A DNA stretch of 61,640 bases, counting the filler, from Fonticula-like sp. SCN 57-25 (Eukaryota), in the NCBI GenBank assembly GCA_001724245.1. It is 11 parts of 11 records of this genome, joined end to end, with 100 filler letters (N's around TTAATTAATTAA, not from the genome) between each part and the next. Parts side by side here need not be neighbours in the genome. Positions count along the whole stretch, not along the records: positions 50,258 to 55,702 come from MEDX01000571.1; positions 55,803 to 61,640 come from MEDX01000572.1; 9 more parts are not named here. One strand, given 5' to 3'. Position numbers and translations under genes: made by a program. Positions within the stretch are counted from its first letter, which is position 1; every line of letters begins with the position of its first letter. Positions 50,258-61,640 of the stretch are shown here, piece after piece. A model generated the notes under the pieces. The model made no database searches. It was given only the letters and a program-made list of their open reading frames with translations, and had not been told where the DNA came from.

Positions 50258-53200
50258 CGACGGCCAGCCCCGCAGCGTCGCGCATGCCGGTCCCCGGCAC
50301 TGCGTCGCCCAAGCTGGCGGCGGCGCGCAGCACTCCCGCGGTGTCGGCGCCGACCCCTTCAAAGACATCGCCCAAGTTGACGGGAGTCAGCCAGACGCCG
50401 GCCGTCCCTAGCGGTACGTTTCATCTCTCATCCTGGAAAGGGATCTCTCCTTTCCGGCCTCGCGTTCATGTGCATTTTACTTACCGAGTGCGTTGCGCTG
50501 TTTTCAGGTGACCGCGAGAAGGATCGCCAGCATCGCGAGGAGCTCGAGGACGAGATCCGCCTCCTCAAGGACTCTGAGGAGGAGGCCCAGCGCCTGCGCA
50601 GCAGCCTTGCCTCGAGCCTCGCCGAAGCCGACAAGCTGCGCGAGTCGCTGCAGACGGTGTACGGCTCGATGGCGGACGAGACGAGCCCCGAGACGGCGGC
50701 ACTCAAGCGTCAGCTCGAGGAGGCCAAGACGGCGCGCGACGCGCTGCAGGCAGAGCTGGCCGAGGTGTCAGAGACGCTGCGCACCCGCGAGGAGACGCTG
50801 CAGAGCAAGATCGGAGAGCTGGAGGCGCGCTGCGAGAATCTGCAGATGCGCCGCCTGGCCGAGGACGTGACGCGCAGCGAGCGCCAGCTGATGGACGACG
50901 TGGCCAGCCTCAAGCAGCAGGTCAGCGTGTTCGACTCGGAGCGCGACACCCTTAACTCCACGATAGAGACGCTGCGTACGCAGCTCACCGCCGCGCGCGG
51001 GGAAGTCGGCACCGCGGCGTCGTCCGCGTCGGCCCTCACGGACGAGATGAACCAGACACTGCAGCGCGAGATCGACGCGCTGCGCGTGCGCCTTGCCGAG
51101 GTGGAATCGACTCACGATACGAGCGCGCGCTCGTTGACCGTACGCAGCGTCCTGCTATTTTGGATGATTGGCCCTGACACACCGTCCCGCAGGCCAAGGA
51201 GGAGGAGATTGCGACGATGGCAAAGGAGAACGCGCGCCGCGAGCGCGCGCTCCAGGACGAGATTATCTCGCTGTCCGCGCAAAATGCGGGCACTGCGAAC
51301 GCGGCCCTTGAGGAGGCCAAGAGCAAGATTGAGGAGCTCGAGGGCATTGTGAAGCAGACGCGCGAGAACGCCGTCAAGGAGGCCAAGGAGACGCACGAGA
51401 TCTTTGCCGAGCACCAGGCGCAGCTGTCCAAGCACCTGTCCGAGGCCGTCGACGAGAAGGAGCGCGCCGTCAACAAGGCGGCCATGCTCACCGAGCGCCT
51501 TCAGCTGCTGGAGGATTCGGCCAACCTTGCCGCCAACCAGGCGGAGACGGCCAAGGAGACTGCCGCGCTCCTGGACGGGGAGAGGGAAAAGGTTGCACTG
51601 GCCGAGGCCGCTGCAGCCGATGCCGCCAATAGGGCTTCTTCCTTTGAGCAGCAGTACAACAAGCTCAAGGAGCAGGCCACGGCAGCCGTCCAGCAGCGCG
51701 ACGCCAAGCTGCAGGAGCTGGAAAAGTCACTCGCCGAGCAGAGCGCACAGGCCGCCGAAAAGATGGCTGCACTGGAGAGCCAGATTTCCGCCAATGCGTC
51801 GCTCGCCGAGTCCGCGTCAAAGGAGACCGTCGGCAAGGTGGCAGAGTTGGAGCAGCACCGCGCGCAGCTGTCTGCGCAGTTGGAGGCGGCGCAGCAGGAG
51901 CGTGATGCAGCCAGCAGCAAGCTGGGCGAGCTGTCCACCGCCGCCGCACAGCAGACGGCCGCCCTGGAGGCCAAGCTGGCGTCGCTCGAGGCGCAGCTGT
52001 CCGCAAGCAAGGAGGGCGGTGACGCCGCTTTGCAGGAGGCGCAGAACCGCGCTGCGCAGCTCGAGTCTACGCTGGAGACGGCGCGGAGCCAGCACACCGA
52101 GATTGAGAAGCAGCTGCAGGAGAAGACGGCGACGGCGGCCTCGCTCGAGGCGCAGCTTGCTGCCGCCAAGCAGGAGCACGAAGCAGCCCTGAACGAGGCA
52201 GGCGCCCGCGCGGCCCAGCTCGAGTCGTCCCTTGACGAGCTCAAGTCTCAATGCGCCGACTACAAGCAGCAGGCATCGGATGCTGCAGCGCAGCTTAACG
52301 ACCAGACCGCCAAGCTCACCTCTCTTGAGACCCAGCTTGCGGCCAGCCAGCAGGGCGGCGAGGCGGCCCTTCAGGAGGCGCAATCCCGCGCCGCTGCGCT
52401 CGAGGCGTCGCTGAAGGAGGTCGAGGCGAAGATGGCAAGCGAGTCAAGTGCGCTGGCTGATGAGCGCAGCAAGTCTGCTTTGCTGGACGAGCGCATTGCC
52501 AAGCTGACCGAGTCCGAGTCGTCTCTCCAGGAGAAGGTGGCGCAGCTGGAGGAGGACGTGCAGTTTAGCCAGAATGCCGCCAGTGACCTCCAGGCGCAGC
52601 TGACCCAGCAGACACTGCGGGCCAGCACCCTTGACAACCAGCTGCGCTCCATGGCCGAGGAGTCGAGCGAGAACTCGTCGGCGCAGGAGAAAGAGCACGC
52701 CGACAAGGTCGCCTCGCTTGAGAGCGCGCACAAGGAGGCGATTGCCGCCTTCACACTTGCACAGGAGAAGGCGCTGGGTGAGCGCGATGCCGAAAAGGCG
52801 CGCCTCGACAGCGAGGTGGCCAAGCTACATTCGGAGCTGGCCGCGCACGAAAAGGAGCTCAGCAGCTTGAAGGAAAACGCGTCGGCCAGCGTCGCCGATG
52901 CGGATTCGCTTCGGCGCGATATCGAGGCGCTTACCGTCAAGCTGGCCGAGCGCGACGGCTCGCTGGCCGAGGCCGAGAAGAAGGCGCTCGCATCGTCGAG
53001 CACCATTGAGCAGCTCAACGCCAAGGTCGAAAGCCTGTCGTCGCAGCTGTCCGCGTCCGCTGAGGGCGCGTCCGCCGTCACCAAGGAGGCACAGGACCGC
53101 GCCGCCGCCCTGGAGGAGAAGCTCGCGGCGGCGCAGCGCCAGCTGATGGAAGAGGCGCAGCACCGCGCGGACGACAACGCCTCGAATGCGACCAAGGCAC

Positions 53201-55702
53201 AGGAGCAGGCTGCTCACTCGAAGGAGCTGCAGGAGACGAACGCCAAATTGAGCGCTCAGGTAGAGGCGCGGCAGTTGCAGGTTGGCACGCTGGAGCAGAA
53301 CCTCGCTGCGACCCAGGAGGAGCTGCAGGCGGTGCTCAAGCGCGCAGAGGCCGACGGCGAAAAGGCTCGCCAGGAGCACGCGGCCGAGGCCGAGTCGTTG
53401 AAGTCGACGATTACCACCCTCGAGTCGCGTCTCGCCGAGGAGACCGAGGCGTCTGAGAAAGCGGCCCAAAAGTCGCAGGCGGGTGAGAAGGAGCTGCAAG
53501 ACAAGGTGGACGGTTTGAAGGCGCAAGAAGAGCTCTTGACCGCCAAGGTGCAGGAGCAGGCGGGCAAGATGGCCGAGCTGGAGGCACGGCTTGCCGAATC
53601 CGCCAAGCTCGCGCAGGACGGCACCGCGGCGCTGCAGCAGGAGCTTGATGCTTCCCGCGAGCAGACCAAGGCGGCCGAGCAGCAGATTGCTGCGGAAAAG
53701 GCGGCTGCGGAGAACAAAATTGCCGAGCACGCTGCCAAGATCGCGTCGCTCGAGGGCCAGCTCGCCGCTAGCATGGACGGCGCCTCTTCCTCGCTCAAGG
53801 AGGCGCAGGAGCGCGCATCTACTTTGGAGAAGGAGCTCGCTGCCGAGAAGCAGCAGGCCGCTGCGGCGTCCGACGCCAATGCCTCCGAGCTCGAGAAGCA
53901 AAAGTCCGCATCTGAGGCGCAGGCAAAGGAGCTGGCCGATCAGCTCGCCTCCGAGGCGGCGCAGCGCGAGGCGGCTGACAAAAAGTGCACGTCGCTAGAG
54001 TCGCAGCTTGCCGCCGCCGGCGAAGAGCTCTCGTCCAAGGCGAGCGCTTTGTCCGGCCTTGAGCAGCAGCTTGCCGCTAGCAAGAGTGCCGTTGCTGCCC
54101 TTCAACAGCAGCTGGCCGCCAGCCAGGGCGACTCTTCGACGCAGATCCAAGAGGCACAGGAACGTGCGCGTGCGGTGGAGCAGCAGCTGGAGGCGACCAA
54201 GAGCGAAGCGGCTGCTGCCGCCGACGAGACGGCCAAAATGCGCGAGGCTGTCGCGCGGCTTGAGGCACAGGCGTCTGAGCAAAAGACCAAGGCCGATTTG
54301 GACAGCGCGGCGGCCGCAGAGCTGCGCAGCCAGAACGAGCAGCTCTCATCTCGTCTCGCCTCCCAGAGCGGTTCTGCCGAGCAGGAGATTGCTCGCCTGA
54401 CCGCTGCCGTTACGGCGTCTGCCGCTCAGCTGGCGTCGCTCGAATCGCTGCGCGCGACCGACGCCGAGAGCGCCGCCGCCGGCATGCGCGACCAGGCAAC
54501 GCGTGTAGCGGATCTCGAGCAGCAGCTGGCCGATCGTGCCGAACAGACCGCCAGCCTCGAGGCCGAGCTAAAGAGCAAAACTGACGCCGTCGGTTCGCTC
54601 GAGGCCCGTTTGGCCGCCGCGGCGCAGGGCGGCGAGGCCGAGCTCAAGGTCGCTCAGGAGCGCGCCGATCAGCTTGAGAAGCAGCTCGACTCTGAGCGGG
54701 AGGCCACGGCGGTATTCCGCAAGACGCTCGAGGATACAGTGAAGAACACGCAGGAGAAGCTTGAGGCCGCCGAGGCCCTACTCGCGACCGCCGCCTCGTC
54801 GCGCACCGCGGCAGAGGAGCAGCTCGCGTCTGAGCGGGCCTCCACCGAGGTGTTCCGCAAGACACTGGAAGACACTGTGAAGAATACGCAGGAGAAGCTG
54901 GCGGCCGCTGAGGCGCAGCTCGCGTCCGCTGCTTTGTCGCGCACCGCGGCGGATGAGCAGCGCGTCGCGTCCCTCGAGGCCGAGCTCGCCGCAGCGCGGC
55001 AGCAGGATGCCGCCGTGCAGGCCGAGGTCGCCATGCTTCGCGGTCTCGTCGAATCGCAGCGGAAGGAGTCGGCGCGCGCGCTTGAGGGCGCCGAGTCGGC
55101 CGCTGCCGCCAAGATTGCGCAGCTCGAGCAGCGGCTGGCGCAGGCTGCCGCCGTCAGCGCGCAGCCGGCGTCCAAGACAGAGGAGGACCTGAGGAGAGCG
55201 AGCGACTTTCAGCAGTCGGTCATTGCCGATCTGCAGGTCAAGAACACTCAGCTGCAAAAGGAGCACGACGACATGAAGCGCAGGATGGAGGCGGCGCTCC
55301 TTGCCACCCCCGGTACGCACCCACCAGGACCTATAGTAAATCTAACGCGCTCTGTAGCCGCGCACGTGCCGGCGGCCGCGACGAGCAAGGCCGCTGCGCC
55401 CACGCGCGCGTTCTGCGAGCTGTGCGAAGAGTTTGGCCACGGCACCGAGGACTGCACCAAGGCGCCCGCCTTCTTGCCCGACGAGCAGCGTACGCGCATT
55501 CGTTTGCTGTGGATTTTTCGCTCATTATGTGCTATGCAGAAACGCCAAAGGCAAAGTCGGTACCGGCGGCTCGCGAGTACTGCGAAATGTGCGGCGAATT
55601 TGGACATTTGGCCATCGTTTGCCCCAACGAGAATGAGGTTCGCTGCTGACTGACGAATTATCGCACTGCTAACACATAACGCTTTTTCTTGTAGTCGTTC
55701 TA
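50258..55702 (+). CDS. CLIP-170/Bik1-like long coiled-coil protein; 5' (CAP-Gly) end missing
   Basis: Ser/Pro-rich linker, >1500-aa coiled coil, two zinc knuckles (FCELCEEFGHGTEDC; spliced YCEMCGEFGHLAIVC) and a terminal micro-exon giving ..NENE|SF* (EEY/F-type end). Confidence 0.78.
54691..54960 (+). repeat. In-frame 138-bp (46-aa) duplication inside the coiled coil
   Basis: SER..T.VFRKTLEDTVKNTQEKL.AAEA.LA.AA.SRTAA.EQ starts at 54691 and 54829. Confidence 0.9.
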
Positions 55703-55802
55703 NNNNNNNNNNNNNNNNNNNNNNNNNNNNNNNNNNNNNNNNNNNNTTAATTAATTAANNNNNNNNNNNNNNNNNNNNNNNNNNNNNNNNNNNNNNNNNN
55801 NN

Positions 55803-56129
55803 GTCGCCGGCCACCACAACCTTCACGGCGGGCGACTCTGACGTGCAGACAACAAGATGCTCGCCGGACGGCGACCAAGCAAGGCATGTTACCTCAGTTT
55901 CCCCTGCTGACACTTCATATAGAGTGGTGAAAGTCCCTGTCTTCAAGATCCGCAGGGTGCCGTCGGCGCCGCCAATCGCCACACTCGCTCCATCTGGCGC
56001 GATGGCGCAGCGCACAACCTGTAACGATTCGTGAGTCTCCGAGTTGTAAAAGTAAAGTCGCCTTACGTTCATCCCAAGGTCTCCATACGTCTCTGTGCCC
56101 TCCGCAAGACGGTCTGGTTTTCGTTGCAT
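55803..56129 (-). CDS. WD40-repeat protein, 5' part only; resembles the 5607-9490 pair
   Basis: |VVRCAIAPDGASVAIGGADG..VTCLAWSPSGEHLV; first intron at the equivalent position. Confidence 0.7.
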
Positions 56130-56276
56130 TTCGACTGTCAGGACTCAGGACCCAACCGACAACAGTCAACAGACCAAGCAGGGGCAGCTGAGTCGCATCA
56201 CGTGAGACGATTTTCATGTTGACCGGTAATGTTTATTTTGTACAATCTCACTTATTTCTACACATAAATGCTTCAA

Positions 56277-59200
56277 TTAATCTCTTCTCGACAGAATGAC
56301 CGGCAGCCCATAGACGACGACCGCCCCCGCATTGAGATACTTGTAACGGCACACGACGCGCGCCTCCGCCACGGCCACCGTCAGCATACACTCATCCCTC
56401 TCCCCCTCCTCATCCGGCACAAGCCCCCACAGCCTCAACATCTCTGCAGTAAACATGTCAATATCGATCGACGTAACGTCCCAGAGCGTCCCGACCACGG
56501 CCGGACTCCCCGCGTAGAGGTAATACAAAGCGTCGCCTGCCGGGTCAAACTCGCCCTGGTCGCGCAAATGCCCACTTTGGCACCCCATGAGCACAGCCAC
56601 TGCCGCCTGACGCCCCTTTTCCGCGCTCTGATTGGGCGCCAGTAGCTTTTCATAGCGCACATATTGCATGCCGCTGCCGTGCGACATGTACAGGAACACG
56701 TCGTGCATGGTGACCGCGCGCATCCACTCGTCCTGCGTCGGCGGCCGACCGGCGACGCCCACAAAGCCGCAGCGAACAAGGCTCGGCTCAAGCCGCGTCT
56801 GCGTCTCGCCCAAATCGCGGCTTGCATTGATGACGTAATACGCTGACTGCCCATCTGCTTCGGCGACGCCGTCGCTGTGCAGCGAGAGGCGGTCGCGCAG
56901 AAAGGCGAGCGTCGGAAGGCGGCTCACGCTCGAAACGGAGAGGCAGGGGAGCGACTCCCAGGGGAAGCGCTGCACGTGGCGGTCAAGCACAAGAACCACG
57001 TGGTGGCGCAAAGGGGCCTCTTCTGTAGAAGCAGTGCTGACGGCGCGCGTGAAAGAGGCGGTAAAGTCGGGGAGAACACGTGAATACTCGTCATCGTCAA
57101 AGCCCGGGGCAAACGCCGAAAGGACGTCACGCAGTTCGCGGTCTGTCGCGTCGGGGCCAAGCTCGGCAAAAAGCGCGCACAGTTGCATGCTGACAGCGCT
57201 CACGCGGCTGCCCTTTAAAGCAGCAACAGCAGTGTTGACTGCTGATTGGACGCCGCGCACATCCGGCCGATCGTCGTCATCGTCGACACGAACGCCCTGC
57301 AAAAGGACGCGAAAACCGCCGAGAACACTCTGAAGGTCGCTGCAGAGCCGCCCGAGCTGCGCGTCAAGCACATCACGTGTCGCCCACCACGCTCGCCGCT
57401 CCTCATTGGTAGCCGGCGTCGCCTGGAAAGAGCGCGCGATCGTCTCGTCGCTGCGGCGGACAATGTCGGCGAGGCGCGCCATGATTGAGCGGACGCCGCC
57501 GGGGGGGCCGCGATGGCGCGTCGGGAGGCGGACGGTAACAGGAGCGGCGCCGCTCTCGAGGCGGGTGAGGACGAGGGCCTCGGCGTCGGTCAGCGGGTCA
57601 ATGTCGACGTCGACGGCGCAAACCGAGAGGTTCTCGGGGAGCGTGCCGGAGAGGTCTTCGGCAGAGACAAATTGCGCTTCTTGGCGGTAAAGGTCGCGGA
57701 GAGCGGCGGCGGTGCTGAGAAAAAAGAAAAGTTAGTAAGAGGGCAAAGCTACTAAAACCTTATTCAAGTCCATAGTATTCTCTTCCCTTCCCAATTTCAC
57801 TTCACCTTTCCATTTACGTACGCGTCCTGCGCCGAAGCGCGCCTCTCCAACACGGTCAGCATTTGCCTCCTATGCGCAATCCCCGGCCGCATCCCCGCCA
57901 CAACCGCCGCCATCTCACCTTGCGCGCGCCCTGCCGCCAGCGCCGCCGCCGCCGTCTCCATCCTCAGCAGCGGCGCCAGCCTGTACGGCGCCATCGTGTG
58001 GTACTCGCGAAGCCGAAGACCGCGGAGCCGCTCTGCCACATCATCATCATTGCTGTCGGAATTCTTTGCCGCCGTCTGCCCGCCGCCAATCACCGTCGGG
58101 GCAGCGCTGTCGCGCAGCCGCACGCTGAGCGAAAGTTCCGCTTCGGCCATAATTGCGTCGTCGGAATCACCGCCGTAGGACGCGTACATTCGCTGTGCGC
58201 GATCAACGTCGCCCTGCTGCGCGGCAAGAAAGGCGGCACGAATACGCAGCATGTTTACCACAACGCGGCGCTCAAGAGGAAGAACAGGAATTTTTGTCGC
58301 TACTTTGCGAGTGCCGCGCTTCACTGGCGGCGGCGGTTCGAGCTCGTTTTCTGCACCGACAAGTGCGGCTGCTGCTTCTAGCGCTTCGCTGGCGGCGGAC
58401 CACTCGCGCTGCGCGACAAAAACGTCGACGTTTTCAATGGCGCACCGCGCGGCAAAATCGGCGGGAAAGGCGCTCAGGTCGGCGTCGTCGTCGAGCTCGG
58501 CCGCGCGCGCCACTTGCATACGGCGAAGCAGCATGCGGCGGCGCGGAAGGCCAAAGAAGGTTGCAATTGGGGCCGAAGCGCCGAGCGGCTGAAGCCCGAC
58601 GGCCGACTCGCAGCAGTGGTCAAGTGCCATCGAAGCAAACTCGGCTTGGCCAATCAGCTCGTAGATTTCGGCGCGGACGGCCTGCGCAAAGAGGTCCCAT
58701 AGGAGAATTGCGTGGCCGCCACGCGCGCGCGTCGCAACAAAACGTCCAGGGCCGTCAACGGAATTCATCGTGCGCATCAAACGAGAAACCTCAAGAACAG
58801 ACTTGTCAGAGTGCGTCATGGCTGCAGTCGCGTCACCCTGGAAAGCATGTTAGTACAAGCAAAATAATACGAAAGTGCGTACAGAGAGGCAGTTGGCCGC
58901 GGCCGCGACGACGTTGGCAGCAATGGTAAGTAGCTCTACGTTCATTGACCGCCGCAAAAAGTTGCCTGTCAAAATTGCGCGCCCTGCTGCGGCACCGCTT
59001 GCTTTGACATCAATAGCAGCGAGCTGCTCGGCCAGGGCAGAAAAGGCGGCGGTGTGTTCGGGCGGGACGGCCATGGCGGACCTTATGCGCAGGATGATGA
59101 GCGCGCGCGCCATCGCAGCATGCGCAATCACCGCCGCGCGGCGCTCCGTCGGCACTGCAGTCGCGTCCGACGCACCCAAAAGCGCTGACGCGTCGTCCAA

Positions 59201-60778
59201 AAGAGAAATCGCGCGGGAAAACTGCCACGAAAAGACACACGAAAGAGCCTCGAGGACGCGCGCCATCGCCGTTTCAACGCTTTTCATTGGCTCTGGAACG
59301 TCCTTGCTCGCTGCAACGGCGTCACACAGCGTCGAAAGTAACCGCGAAGCGTCGTCTGACAGACCCGTCGCCGCAACGACGTCGGCAAGGCGCGCGGCGG
59401 CAAAGAGGCCCGCGACCGGCGCGCCGCTCAAATCAACATTGGCAAGGTCCGCAAGGTCGGCGCGCGACATTTGCTCGGCCGCATGAACGCGCAGCGCAAC
59501 AAGAATTCCGTCATCATTCTGCGTCTGCTGGACAATGACGCTCAGCGCCGGCGGGCAGTAAAGCATGGCGGCCTCGTGCTCGGCGAGTACTAGCCGCTCT
59601 CGCTCGCTGCCGCTTACATCAACGAGCGAGCACAACGGAATATAGTCGCCGGCGGCGCTATCGGCTGAGGCGCGCGCATAGTGCTCGGTGTGCGCGGACA
59701 GACGCGACGACCACGGGCGGCCGCCTGGGAAGCGCTGTACGCCACCGCGTACGCGCTCGAGGACGCCGCGCGCGTCGCCCGTCGTCAGCAGGCAGACGCA
59801 TAGCATTTCGGTGGCGCGCGAAAACGTCTCTGACGCAAAATGCTGATGACGAGACATGCCGGCGAGGGCGGTGAGCGGCGCCAGGGCGTCCGAGGGGTTT
59901 TCGCGGTAGGACGCGCGCATCGCCTCGAGGCCGGCGGCGAGAACAGTGTCAGCCGCGGCGGCGTCGGCGGTGGCGACGGACGGCAATTGGACAATGCGCA
60001 GAATGCCTTCTAGAAACGCCGAGACAAGCGAAAAGGGGGCCATGGCGGGGCAAATTTTGGCCACCGTCGCGGGCGAGTCGATAATCTTGAAAAAGAAGCA
60101 CGCCCAGCGCGCGACGCTCTCGGGCTCCTTCTCCGAAAGCGCGTTCATCCACGGAACGACGCCGCTCGAAAGGACGCGCGCAAACTGGGCGTGGTGCGTC
60201 GCAGTCAGCTTTGGTGCCGACGCGACAAAGTGACGCAGCACGAAATAGTATGAGTGGAGTACAATGAGAGCGAGCTTGGCGGGCGCGTTCTGCGGGACCG
60301 CCACAACAATGTCGGGCGCGCCCTTTGCGCTCTTTACGCCGTTCTCTTTAGAGGCAGTGTGGCGATGCAGCCGTGCTATTAGCTCGACGATCTCGGTCAA
60401 AATCACTTGAAACAATTCGGTCGACTGCGCCATGGGATCAGCGACAATATAGATTCGCATGTTGCGTACTGCGTGCGGAAGCTTCATTAGGCACCCAATT
60501 CTCCGCCGCCGCGACTCTTCCAAATTCAATTGTAAGCTGTCCAGCGCCGATTCGCTCTCCTCCAACTGTCGCGTCGCTTCCCGCGCACTCTGCGACAGCT
60601 GGATCGCCTGCGCCGCCGTGCACGACGGCAATGCCAGCTGTACCGCCGCATGGTCAATCACCTGGTGCGGTTTACGCAGCGGTTCGCTCAAAGACGAACG
60701 CTTCGCAGCGCCCTCCTCTGCCGCGGCAGGCACCGGGGCCGCCTCGGCAGCGGCCGCCCTTCGCGCGCGCGTCGCCAT
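56277..60778 (-). CDS. ESP1: Separase (peptidase C50), 3 exons
   Basis: WWATRDVLDAQL, LVLDRHVQRFPWESLP, VSRLP, catalytic His (MSHGSG) and Cys (LMGCQSG), GTLWDVT.DID, VVYGLP. Confidence 0.95.
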
Positions 60779-60882
60779 CTTGAAGTTTTGAAATGCCGCC
60801 AAGCGACGAATAACCGTCGGCCCACGTGGATGGATCTAGTTTGCAGATTGCACGTGTGTTGGACGTTGCGGCGGCGCGCACG
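60779..60882. promoter_or_regulatory. 104-bp bidirectional promoter with two CACGTG boxes
   Basis: Head-to-head ATGs at 60778 (-) and 60883 (+); CACGTG at 60823 and 60851. Confidence 0.55.
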
Positions 60883-61640
60883 ATGCAGACGCCTGGCCGC
60901 ATGCAGACGCCTGGCCGTACGCCGGCGGCGGTTCAGACGCCGGGCCGCACACCGGTTCGCTCGCGATTTCCCCAGACTCCGGCTCGGGATGCGTACGGCC
61001 TCGAACGTTAGTTGAACTGTTACTGAACTTGCGCTAGCTTGCCTGTGACGGCGGAGCTTTTCAAGCCGGGAGCCGAGATTCGCTCGAGCAAGCGCGCGCG
61101 CATGACCGTGTCGGCGCCGCTTCCGCTGGAGCTCCGCACAGAGGACGTTTTTTCTAGCAAGGCCGTTTTGGACACGCGCACGGGCTACTGCGTCGTGCTG
61201 CAGGACAAGGTCTGCTACGGGTGGTCCTATCGCGAGGTACGTGCGCGCCAACGGCCCATCTTTAGTCTAACGCGACCGCAGCGCCTGGGTGTGACGCGTT
61301 TTGATGTGCCGTTTTCAACCATGTCTGTTGACGAGCAGCAGCGCCTTGTTGGGATTTATGGCCAGTCTTACGGCTCGGCGGGCCTTGCTTCCTGCTCGAC
61401 GTACGGCGAAGTTCGCTACTGGGAGGCCGTTACGGATCCCTCGCGGTTCCTGACGGCGCGCCTCCCGCTCACGGACGGCGACACATGCAAGCAGCTTGTC
61501 TGCGTTGAGCCTGTCGGTTTCGCCGTTTTGACGCGGCTGGGCCGCGTGCACCTTGTTTCGCCCTCGTACGGCGGCGGCGACCTGAGCATTGTGCAGCTGG
61601 CGCGCCCGTCGTCGTCCCTGTTTTCTCGCGTGACGTCGCT
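60883..61640 (+). CDS. NUP133: Nucleoporin Nup133-like N-terminal beta-propeller (runs off the window)
   Basis: TP-rich N-terminus; spliced ..LPLEL..LDTRTGYCVV..GWSY|..GLASCSTYGEVRYWEAV..VEPVGFAVLTRLGRVHL..LARPSSSLFSRVTS. Confidence 0.68.

Noticed and set aside
55803-61640. Last contig (at least 5838 bp) breaks the descending-length order, suggesting a hidden join or insertion
   Set aside because: The separase and Nup133 reading frames are continuous with no junction visible; this is probably just contig naming or sort order.

Overview
This window is not one continuous locus. It is 11 short contigs (about 5.4-5.8 kb each) joined by artificial 100-nt linkers (44 N + TTAATTAATTAA + 44 N), so gene neighbourhoods are only meaningful within a contig. 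Ten contigs are from a compact, intron-rich eukaryotic genome with short GT-AG introns (GTRCGY-type donors, CTRAC-like branch points). They encode two FtsZ paralogues of mitochondrial type, two P4-ATPases, eIF4A-III, TFIIA-gamma, TFIIF-alpha, ATM1, a GCK-III/STE20 kinase, SLC41, F1-ATPase beta, separase, Nup133, and SMPD4-, CLIP-170-, Aven- and SMCHD1-like proteins. Two tandem paralogue arrays are also present (WD40-coiled coil-SAM-SAM and RING-ubiquitin-like-TerD). One contig (39128-44592) is bacterial and carries a CusA/TolC Cu/Ag efflux locus. Two observations stand out. (1) Intron-containing mitochondrial-type FtsZ1 and FtsZ2 occur in an organism whose housekeeping proteins look fungal/holomycotan by residue signatures recalled from memory, and FtsZ2 is physically linked to a fungal-looking ATP2; mitochondrial FtsZ is generally considered lost in opisthokonts. 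(2) A three-copy RING-Ubl-TerD array has degenerate TerD metal motifs and one decaying copy. All gene models were spliced by eye and no database search was run.
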